Source: Novosphingobium sp.
GTDB lineage: Bacteria > Pseudomonadota > Alphaproteobacteria > Sphingomonadales > Sphingomonadaceae
Reading direction: 5' to 3'
Assembly (NCBI GenBank): GCA_039928735.1
Contig: JBDSSP010000061.1
Location: forward strand, 1 to 44,586
Length of the DNA: 44,586 nucleotides
The notes beneath the pieces were generated by a model. That model did not search any database. It was not told the DNA's origin and saw nothing but the letters and a program-made list of their open reading frames with translations. Positions 36,908 through 44,586 of this stretch are shown here, piece after piece. Every line of letters begins with the position of its first letter. The first letter of the stretch is position 1. The position numbers and the translations under genes were made by a program.

Positions 36908-38302
36908 GTGGATTCGTTTCGACCCATTCTAGCAAAAGTAGCCCGGCCCGGCCTGGCGAGAATCGGCATTTTTGCAACATTGCTAGTGCTTGCGGCATGG
37001 CATGCCGCAGCGGCTTCCCCGGCGGCGGCAACTGTCTCCCGCTACGAGGGCGTGGCGACTTGCGCCGGATCGACGTGCCACGGCAGAGCCGAGGGCAATG
37101 GCAAGGTGGTGCGGCAGGATGAGATGCGGCGTTGGCAGGAACCGTCTTCGCCAAGCGGAGTACATAGCCGCGCCTATGCCGTCCTTTCTGGCCACCGCGC
37201 GCAGCAAATCGCCGATTCACTGGGATTGGGCGCGGCATCCAGCGCTGGAGCCTGCCTCGGCTGCCACTCCACCAATGCGCCCCTCGGCTTGCGCGGCGAC
37301 CGCTATCAGGCTGGCGACGGCGTCGGTTGCGAATCCTGCCATGGCGCTTCGACTGGTTGGATCGCGACGCATTACACTGTGCTCGGTTCCCACGCCGCGA
37401 ACGTCGCCCATGGGCTGGCGCCGCTTGAAAATCCGGCAGTCCGGGCTTCGGTCTGTCTCGACTGCCACTTCGGCAGCGCCAAGCCGGGCCAGTTCGTCAC
37501 CCACCGCATGATGGCCGCCGGCCATCCCCGCATCGCCTTCGAACTCGACCTGTTCTCCTCGCTGCAGCAACATCACGACGAGGACGCCGACTACGCCCTG
37601 CGAAAAGGCCGCACCGACTCGGTGCGGTTGTGGGCGGTGGGCCAGGCGGAGGCCGTGCAGCGCTCGTTAAGTCTGTTCGCCAAACCGGACTTCGGCAGCC
37701 AGGGAATATTCCCGGAATTCTATTTCTACGATTGCCACAGTTGCCATCGCCAGATTTTCGATCAGGCAGAGCGCAAGCTGACGTTCGAGACCAATCCCGG
37801 CAGGCCGATCCCCTTCGGCATGGCGCCTTTCAACGACGAGAACATCATCATGCTCTCCGCCGTGGTGAAGGTGCTGGCTCCGGCTCAGGCGGCCACATTC
37901 GAGGGCGCATCGCGCAATTTCCATGCAGCGATGGGCCAGGGCCGGACGCAGGCGGTTGCGGCGGCAGCACGGCTCGGCGCGGCGGCGAGCGCGTTGTCGC
38001 GGGCGATGGCGCAGAAGTCCTATAGCAGCGACACGGCATTCACCGTGATTTCGACGATTGCCGGGCGGACGATTTCGCCGCGTTTCACCGACTACACCGG
38101 TTCGGCGCAAGCGGTGATGGCCGTTGACACTTTGCTCAATGCGCTGGTGAAAGAAGGGCGAGTGACACTGGGCGCCGCTGCTGGCATCCGCGCCAATATC
38201 AATCTTGCCTATGCGGCGGTCAAGGCGCCAAATAGCTACAATCCTGCCGCCTTCCGCACTGCGCTGGGCGAGGCAGCGCGCAGCATCGGGGCGCTGCGCT
38301 GA
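36908..38302 (+). CDS. Periplasmic multiheme cytochrome c (c554-like N-terminal domain), 5 heme motifs
   Basis: Signal peptide; CAGSTCH (CX4CH), CLGCH, GVGCESCHG, CLDCH, CHSCH. Confidence 0.9.
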   Translation: MDSFRPILAKVARPGLARIGIFATLLVLAAWHAAAASPAAATVSRYEGVATCAGSTCHGRAEGNGKVVRQDEMRRWQEPSSPSGVHSRAYAVLSGHRAQQIADSLGLGAASSAGACLGCHSTNAPLGLRGDRYQAGDGVGCESCHGASTGWIATHYTVLGSHAANVAHGLAPLENPAVRASVCLDCHFGSAKPGQFVTHRMMAAGHPRIAFELDLFSSLQQHHDEDADYALRKGRTDSVRLWAVGQAEAVQRSLSLFAKPDFGSQGIFPEFYFYDCHSCHRQIFDQAERKLTFETNPGRPIPFGMAPFNDENIIMLSAVVKVLAPAQAATFEGASRNFHAAMGQGRTQAVAAAARLGAAASALSRAMAQKSYSSDTAFTVISTIAGRTISPRFTDYTGSAQAVMAVDTLLNALVKEGRVTLGAAAGIRANINLAYAAVKAPNSYNPAAFRTALGEAARSIGALR

Positions 38303-40293
38303 TGCGCGGGTTCGGGCACATTCTCGCTGCGGCGTCCCTACTACTTTCGGCCTGCGGCGGCGACGGCGGCTCGGGAAGTGGCAGCACGTCGGGAGGCAGC
38401 TCCCCGACCAGCAGCGGCGGGTCGACCGGCGGATCGAGCAGTGGCGGCACAGCCTCGGTCTACACAGCCCCGGCACTCGAAGCCCTCAGCACGACCGATG
38501 TCGAACGGATCATCGCTCAGGCGGCCAATCAGGCTTCTTCCGCCAGCACCCCGGCAGTCATCGCCGTGACCGACCGGGTTGGCAATGTCCTCGCGCTGTT
38601 CCGCATGACCGGTGCCCCTGCCACGGCAAAGACCAGCCCGGCCCCCAATGGCGCCAGCATCGACGCGCAGAATCTTGATGTGCCCGCCGAAGCCGCCGCC
38701 ATCGCCAAGGCCGTGACCGGCGCCTACCTTTCAAGCGGCGGCAACGCCTTTTCAACGCGCACCGCCAGCATGATCGTGCAAACTCACTTCCCGCCCGCGC
38801 CCTCGACCGCAGGCCTCGAAAGCGGGCCGTTGTTCGGCGTGCAGTTCAGCCAGCTGCCCTGTTCGGACCTGGCGGCGCGTTTCACCCCATCGGGCGCTGA
38901 CGCGCTGATCGGGCCGAAGCGCTCGCCGCTGGGCCTTGCCGCCGATCCTGGCGGCTTTCCGCTCTACAAGAACGGCGTACTGGTCGGCGGCGTCGGGGCG
39001 ATTGCCGACGGGGTATACGGCTTCGATGCCAACGTGCTCGATATTGACAGCGACGCCGACGAGCGGATTGCGCTTGCCGGAACCGTCGGCTTCGAAGCAC
39101 CCGCCGCGATCCGTGCCAACCAGATAACGGTCGATGGCACCTCGCTGCGCTATTCCGACATCGATTATTCCGGCCTGTTCGACGTCACGGGCGCGAGCTA
39201 CGCCGCAACCAATCCGGCGCTGGGAATGCTGGTGCCGCTCACCGGATATTATGCCAGCCCCGCCGCGATCCGCGCCGGAACGGCCTACGGCAGCGAGAAT
39301 TCGGGCATCCGGCGCGCGACTGCCGCCGAATTCGCGCAACCCGATGCTTTCGTGCTGACCGACGGGCTGGGCGGGAATCGCTACCCGGTCAAGGCCGGCA
39401 CCGATGCCGCTGAAATTGGCACTGCCATGAGCGCTGCCGAGGCCCGGGCGATCCTAGGTGAGGCCTTCGCGGTCATGGCCAAGGCGCGCGCGCAAATCCG
39501 CCGACCGCTCGACAGCCGCGCGCAGGTGACGATCTCGCTTGTTGATACGCGCGGCGCGGTGCTCGGCATCGTCCGTTCGCCCGATGCGCCGATCTTTGGC
39601 ATCGATGTCAGCCTGCAGAAGGCGCGCACGGCAGCATTTCTCTCGAACGCAAATGCCGGCGCGGAGTTGCTCGCCGATCCCAGCGCCGATGTGCGTGGTT
39701 TCGTGGCGGCGATGCGCATGTTTATCCACGATCCGGCGGCCCTGGCCGGAACCGTCGCCTATTCAAACCGGGCGATCGGAAATCTGGCGCGACCCTATTT
39801 CCCTGACGGCGAGGTCGGCCGGCCCAATGGGCCGTTGTCGCGGCCAGTTGCGCAGTTCAATCCCTTTTCGACCGGGCTGCAATCCGCGCTGGTTCTGACC
39901 AATCTGGCACAGCATCTCAATTATATCTCGGGCGCCAGCAGTACCGATACGGCCCACCGCTGCACCTTCCTGCCCGATGCTGTCCCTGGGCAGAACCGGC
40001 TACAGAACGGCATCCAGATATTCCCAGGATCGTTTCCGGTCTATCGGGGAGGAACGCTCGTCGGGGCGATCGGCGTGTCTGGCGACGGCATAGACCAGGA
40101 CGACATGATCTCCTTCCTCGGGCTCAACAATGCCGGCCAGTCGGCGGGAGGCATCGGCAATGCCGCGGCGGCCAAGCGGGCGGACAATGTTACGGTCAAC
40201 GTCGGCGGCTCATTTGTGCGGCTGCGCTACGTAAACTGCCCGTTCGCACCCTTCATTGGCACTTCGGACCAGAATGTCTGCCAGGGCTTGTGA
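38302..40293 (+). CDS. Lipoprotein with two GlcG/HbpS-like heme-binding domains
   Basis: Lipobox LSAC, Gly/Ser linker; two repeats of the pattern (IAV/ISL)xDxxGxVL...(A/Q)KAxT...GG/SFPxYxxGxLVGxxG. Confidence 0.85.
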   Translation: MRGFGHILAAASLLLSACGGDGGSGSGSTSGGSSPTSSGGSTGGSSSGGTASVYTAPALEALSTTDVERIIAQAANQASSASTPAVIAVTDRVGNVLALFRMTGAPATAKTSPAPNGASIDAQNLDVPAEAAAIAKAVTGAYLSSGGNAFSTRTASMIVQTHFPPAPSTAGLESGPLFGVQFSQLPCSDLAARFTPSGADALIGPKRSPLGLAADPGGFPLYKNGVLVGGVGAIADGVYGFDANVLDIDSDADERIALAGTVGFEAPAAIRANQITVDGTSLRYSDIDYSGLFDVTGASYAATNPALGMLVPLTGYYASPAAIRAGTAYGSENSGIRRATAAEFAQPDAFVLTDGLGGNRYPVKAGTDAAEIGTAMSAAEARAILGEAFAVMAKARAQIRRPLDSRAQVTISLVDTRGAVLGIVRSPDAPIFGIDVSLQKARTAAFLSNANAGAELLADPSADVRGFVAAMRMFIHDPAALAGTVAYSNRAIGNLARPYFPDGEVGRPNGPLSRPVAQFNPFSTGLQSALVLTNLAQHLNYISGASSTDTAHRCTFLPDAVPGQNRLQNGIQIFPGSFPVYRGGTLVGAIGVSGDGIDQDDMISFLGLNNAGQSAGGIGNAAAAKRADNVTVNVGGSFVRLRYVNCPFAPFIGTSDQNVCQGL

Positions 40294-42263
40294 TGGCCAG
40301 CGCCGCGATCCTTGTCGCTGCCCTGTTGATGCAAGGCGCGGCCTCGGGAGCGCCCGACGCTGCGCCTGCCAGCCCCCGCGCGGCCGAAGCGCAGGCCCAG
40401 GCGACCGCGCCGGGCGCCGAGTCAGACCCACCGCGACCCGAACCCGCCCAGCCGCCGCCGGACGAAGAGGACATCGACGTCCCCGACGTCGCAACCGGCC
40501 AGATTGAAGGCCGCCGCCGTCCCGGTTACCAGCCTCGCCTGCCCGAACGGGTAACCCAGCGCAATCCCGGCGCGGTGCGTGCGCCGCCGCCCGAAGCGTT
40601 CCCCACCGATCAGCTTCCGGTGCCCGACCGGTGGCGGATCATGACCGGCCTGTGCCCTGGCAGGGCCGGCGACCCGTCGCTCTTTGAAGTATTCCTGACC
40701 ATGCGCGAGGTCTGCCATTCGTCGCGCGATCCCTATCACCAGAACACGCTCAAGGGCGATCGGCCCCTGGCCCGGGGGAAGCGGCCGGGCTTCCTCAGGG
40801 GCGACGACTGGTTCTTCAGCCTGGGCCTTACCAGCGACACGGTGATCGAGCCGCGCACCTTCCCGATCCCGGTCGGGGTGCAGACCACGGCGCGGCCCGG
40901 AAGCCTTGATACCTTCGGCAGATCGGGCAGCCTGGTTCTCGCGCAGACCTTCATAGCCAGCGCTTCGCTGCTGAAGGGGAGCACTGCTTTCAAGCCGCCG
41001 GAGATCGAATACAAGGTGTCGCTGGCGTTCAACGTCAACCATGTCCGGGTGCCGGAACGGCGGGTCCTGTTCGTCGAGCCGTCGAAAGGAACCAACCGCA
41101 CCGACGATTTCCTGGGCGTACAGGAAGCCTTTGTCGATCGTCACTTACGCAATACCTCGGACCGCTACGATTTCGATTCGCTGCGTATCGGCATTCAGCC
41201 GTTCCAGATCGACTTTCGCGGCTTTCTGTTCAACGACGATCAGCTCGGCATCCGCCTGTTCGGCAATCGCGACAACAACCGTTTTCAATATAACATTGCC
41301 GCTTTCTGGCGGCTCGAAAAGGACACCAACAGCGGCCTCAACAACCTCACCGAAAGCCCGCGCAAGGATTTCGTCTTCCTCGCCAATCTCTACCGGCAGG
41401 ACTTTCTCGTTCCGGGCCTCACCAGCCAGCTGACCCTCGCCTACAACCGCAACCGCGAGGGCGGGCGGATCAAGGTGGACGACAACGGATTCCCGGTGCG
41501 CCCGGCACTCCTCGGCGACCTGCGCCCCCGCAATTACGACGTGTTCTATCTCGGCTACAATGCCGACGGTCGGATCGGGCGGATCAACCTGACCGCCTCG
41601 ATCTATGGTGCCTTGGGCACGGACCGGACCAGCTTCTTCACATCTCGCCCCGCCAGTATCCGCGCCTTCTTCGGCGCGGCGGAGGTGAGCTACGACAGGA
41701 ACTGGATGCGCTTTCGCCTCTCGGGCCTCTACGCCAGCGGCGATGCCAATCCCAACGACGACAAGGAAGGTGGCTTCGATGCGATCTTCGAAAACCCGGT
41801 CTTTGCCGGGGCGGATACCAGCTACTGGATCCGCCAGAGCATTCCCTTCGCGGGGGGCGGACGGGCAGTTTCGCTCAACGGCCGCAATGGCATTCTCAAT
41901 TCGCTGCGATCGTCGAAGGAGCAGGGGCAATCAAATTTCAACAATCCCGGCACCGTGCTCGCGGGGGTGGGCGCCGATTGCGACCTGATGCCGCAATTGC
42001 GCCTTTCGGGTAACGCCAATCACCTGTGGTTCGCCAATACCGCAGTGCTTCAGGCGCTGCGCAATGAGGGCAGCATTCCCAAGTCGATCGGCTGGGACTT
42101 GTCGGCATCGACGATCTGGCGGCCCAAGGCGACGCAGAATATGGTGTTCCGCCTGTCGGCTGCTGCGCTGCTGCCGGGCAAAGGCTTCCGCGACCTATTT
42201 GACAATCAGAACGGGCACCGGAATTATTATTCGGTGTTGGTCAATGCGGTATTGAGCTTCTGA
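40290..42263 (+). CDS. Putative outer-membrane beta-barrel protein of unknown function
   Basis: Signal peptide, Pro-rich linker, many alternating amphipathic strands, C-terminal YSVLVNAVLSF beta-signal. Confidence 0.7.
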   Translation: MMASAAILVAALLMQGAASGAPDAAPASPRAAEAQAQATAPGAESDPPRPEPAQPPPDEEDIDVPDVATGQIEGRRRPGYQPRLPERVTQRNPGAVRAPPPEAFPTDQLPVPDRWRIMTGLCPGRAGDPSLFEVFLTMREVCHSSRDPYHQNTLKGDRPLARGKRPGFLRGDDWFFSLGLTSDTVIEPRTFPIPVGVQTTARPGSLDTFGRSGSLVLAQTFIASASLLKGSTAFKPPEIEYKVSLAFNVNHVRVPERRVLFVEPSKGTNRTDDFLGVQEAFVDRHLRNTSDRYDFDSLRIGIQPFQIDFRGFLFNDDQLGIRLFGNRDNNRFQYNIAAFWRLEKDTNSGLNNLTESPRKDFVFLANLYRQDFLVPGLTSQLTLAYNRNREGGRIKVDDNGFPVRPALLGDLRPRNYDVFYLGYNADGRIGRINLTASIYGALGTDRTSFFTSRPASIRAFFGAAEVSYDRNWMRFRLSGLYASGDANPNDDKEGGFDAIFENPVFAGADTSYWIRQSIPFAGGGRAVSLNGRNGILNSLRSSKEQGQSNFNNPGTVLAGVGADCDLMPQLRLSGNANHLWFANTAVLQALRNEGSIPKSIGWDLSASTIWRPKATQNMVFRLSAAALLPGKGFRDLFDNQNGHRNYYSVLVNAVLSF

Positions 42264-44586
42264 TGCGCTGGCTGCGTTCCTTGATCCTGCTGGTCGCCCT
42301 CCTGCTGCTACCGCCGGCGGGCGCGGGCCTTGCCAGCATCGAGGAGAAGCCAGTCGAGCGGCATTATGTCACTGCCCCGCCTGCCCCGGCCAAACAGACG
42401 GGCGCTGAGGCCGATGCCAAGTCGGAAGGATGCATCAGCTGCCATACCAAATCGGACGCCGCGACGATGCATGTCACCCCCGCGGTCCGCCTCGGCTGCA
42501 CCGATTGTCATGGCGGCGATGCGAAGGTGCATGGCGATCCGGCATCGGGTTTCGAAAATCCAGCCTATGTCGCCGCACGCGAGCGGGCGCATGTGCTTCC
42601 GCGCTATCCCGGCAGCTGGCACTATCCCTCTTCGGCCAATCCCGAACGCAGCTATACTTTGCTCAACAAGGAGGCGCCGGAGTTCGTCCGCTTCGTCAAC
42701 CCCGGCGACTATCGCATCGCCCGCGAGGCCTGCGGCGCCTGCCATCTGGAAACTGTGGAGGCAGCGGAGCGTTCGCTGATGGCCTCGGGCGCGATGCTGT
42801 TCGGCGGAGCGGCCTATAACAACGGCATTGTTCCGTTCAAAAGCTACATCTTCGGCGAAGCCTATACTCGGGGCGGCCAGCCGGCGAAGATCGTCTCCCC
42901 TGGCAATCCCCCCGGCAAGCTAACCAGGCGCCAGCAGGCGCGTGGGGCGCTGGCGGAACTTTACCCTCTGCCAAGCTGGCAAGTGATTCCGCCGGGAGAT
43001 GTCTTCCGAGTGTTTGAGCGCGGCGGCCGCAACATCGCCACGCAATTCCCGGAAATTGGCCTACCCAACCCTTCGGGGAGTATCCAGCGGCTGGAAGAGC
43101 CGGGCCGTCCCGATCTTAAACAATCCAACCGCGGTCCCGGAACCGGGCTGCGCGTCGCGATCGCCGTGCTCAACATTCATAAGACCCGGCTCAACGATCC
43201 CTATATGTGGTTCATGGGGACCAACGATCAGCCCGGCGACTATCGCGGATCGGGCTGCACCGGCTGCCACGTTATCTACGCCAACGACCGCGAACCGCGC
43301 CACAGCCTGACCTATGCGCAGTATGGCCGCGATGGGCAGACGATCACCTCCGATCCCACTATCGCCGATCGCATGGCCCCGGCGCACGGCGCGCTGAAAG
43401 GCAAAAGCGGAGCGGGTACAATCGAGAGAGAACGCGGGCATCCGCTGCAGCATGTCTTCACCCGCTCGATCCCGACATCGCAATGCATGAGCTGCCACAT
43501 GCATCAGCCAAATATCTTCCTGAATAGCTACCTCGGCTACACCATGTGGGACTACGAGTCTGATGCGCCGAAGATGTGGCCCATGCAGCAGAAATATCCG
43601 ACCGCCAAGGAAGTCCGCGAGGTCGAGGACCGCAACCCGGAAGGCGCCTCACCTAAGGGTGAATGGGGCGACCGCGATTTCTTGCGCAATGTCTACGATC
43701 TCAATCCGGAGCTGAAAGACACCCAGTTTGCCGACTACCACGGCCACGGCTGGAACTTCCGCGGCGTGTTCAAGCGCGACCGGGAGGGTAATTTGCTCGA
43801 TGCGGACGGCAAGGTGGTTTCGTCCGACGATCCCGAGAAATGGCGCAAGTCGGGCGAAGGCAAATTCGTCCAGCCGGGAGTCAATCCGGGCAAGACGGTC
43901 CACCTGATGGACATCCACGCCGAGAAGGGCATGCAATGCGCCGACTGCCACTTCGCGCAGGACAGCCATGGCAACGGGCTCATTTACGGCGAAGTCGCCA
44001 ACGCGGTCGAAATTGGCTGCAAGGATTGCCACGGCACCGCCGACGCCTATCCGACGCTGCGCACCTCGGGCCCCGCCGCGCGGCCGCAGGGATCGAACCT
44101 CGAACTGCTCCGCAATCCCGACGGCCAGCGCCGCTTCGAATGGATCGATGATGGCGGCGGGCGGCGTAAGCTCGTCCAGCGCTCGATCGTCGATCCCAAG
44201 CTGACCTGGGACATCCATCTGGTCCGCGACAGCGTCGATCCGTCGAGCCCTTATTTCAACGACAAGGCCGCGCGCGCCAAGCTGATGAGCCGGTCGGGCG
44301 CCGACGATGGCAGCTTCGCCTTCGGCCCCGGCGTCGCGATGGGCGACCGCGCGCACAAGGATGGCGAGATGGCGTGCTTCACCTGCCATCTCAGCTGGAC
44401 CACCAGCTGCGGCGGCTGCCATCTGCCGATCGAGGCGAACTGGAAAACCCAGAGCCATCATTTCGACGGCGAGGAAACCCGCAACTTCGCGACCTATAAC
44501 CCGCAAGTCGCGCGCGACGACATGTTCCAGCTCGGCCGCCACATGACCACCAAGGTTTCGGGGTCGGACCCGGGCAAGTCGATCAT
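42263..44586 (+). CDS. Large exported multiheme cytochrome c (at least 9 CXXCH), 3' end outside window; not in the ORF track
   Basis: ATG 42263 overlaps the previous TGA; MRWLRSLILLVALLLL signal; in-frame CISCH 42431, CTDCH 42497, CGACH 42731, CTGCH 43256, CMSCH 43484, CADCH 43937, CKDCH 44018, CFTCH 44375, CGGCH 44408. Confidence 0.92.
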   Translation, partial: MRWLRSLILLVALLLLPPAGAGLASIEEKPVERHYVTAPPAPAKQTGAEADAKSEGCISCHTKSDAATMHVTPAVRLGCTDCHGGDAKVHGDPASGFENPAYVAARERAHVLPRYPGSWHYPSSANPERSYTLLNKEAPEFVRFVNPGDYRIAREACGACHLETVEAAERSLMASGAMLFGGAAYNNGIVPFKSYIFGEAYTRGGQPAKIVSPGNPPGKLTRRQQARGALAELYPLPSWQVIPPGDVFRVFERGGRNIATQFPEIGLPNPSGSIQRLEEPGRPDLKQSNRGPGTGLRVAIAVLNIHKTRLNDPYMWFMGTNDQPGDYRGSGCTGCHVIYANDREPRHSLTYAQYGRDGQTITSDPTIADRMAPAHGALKGKSGAGTIERERGHPLQHVFTRSIPTSQCMSCHMHQPNIFLNSYLGYTMWDYESDAPKMWPMQQKYPTAKEVREVEDRNPEGASPKGEWGDRDFLRNVYDLNPELKDTQFADYHGHGWNFRGVFKRDREGNLLDADGKVVSSDDPEKWRKSGEGKFVQPGVNPGKTVHLMDIHAEKGMQCADCHFAQDSHGNGLIYGEVANAVEIGCKDCHGTADAYPTLRTSGPAARPQGSNLELLRNPDGQRRFEWIDDGGGRRKLVQRSIVDPKLTWDIHLVRDSVDPSSPYFNDKAARAKLMSRSGADDGSFAFGPGVAMGDRAHKDGEMACFTCHLSWTTSCGGCHLPIEANWKTQSHHFDGEETRNFATYNPQVARDDMFQLGRHMTTKVSGSDPGKSI

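Noticed and set aside
42308-44546. Several short ORFs on both strands, including 43649-44542
   Set aside because: Shadows of the long multiheme gene starting at 42263.
40290-44586. Naming the barrel and cytochrome mtrB/mtrA
   Set aside because: Heme spacing, protein size and gene order do not fit the compact decaheme MtrA pattern, so no symbol was assigned.

Overview
Alphaproteobacterial (sphingomonad-like, inferred from gene content and codon style) chromosomal window in three blocks. (1) The 3' end of glpD. (2) A ~31.6 kb decaying mosaic island (~860-32490). It starts with a CAGGGAA repeat array, an XRE regulator, an ImmA/IrrE peptidase pseudogene, a frameshifted ParB-methyltransferase and a DUF5681-like gene. 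An IS21 stub follows, then a ~24 kb catabolic cargo of unknown substrate (AraC, TetR, double hot-dog dehydratase, two acyl-CoA ligases, esterase, two SDRs, TonB receptor, Rieske ferredoxin and oxygenase, hydantoinase A/B pair, KstD-like flavoprotein, atypical crotonase, amidohydrolase, nitronate monooxygenase). It ends with the remains of an unusual nucleotide-chemistry operon and a truncated IS3. That operon pairs an RFAP-synthase-like GHMP gene with a Ham1/ITPase-kinase-wHTH fusion split by a 163 bp CTAG-flanked double-hairpin MITE; removing the MITE restores the reading frame exactly. (3) An intact CHASE2 adenylate cyclase, FecR-domain and TPR-like genes, divergent from a translationally coupled operon: pentaheme cytochrome c, double GlcG/HbpS heme-binding lipoprotein, outer-membrane beta-barrel, and a large cytochrome with at least 9 hemes that runs off the window and is absent from the ORF track. 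The best candidates for undescribed systems are the GHMP plus Ham1-kinase-wHTH operon and the porin/multiheme/heme-binding operon beside the cAMP module. All family calls rest on motif recognition by eye; no database searches were run.
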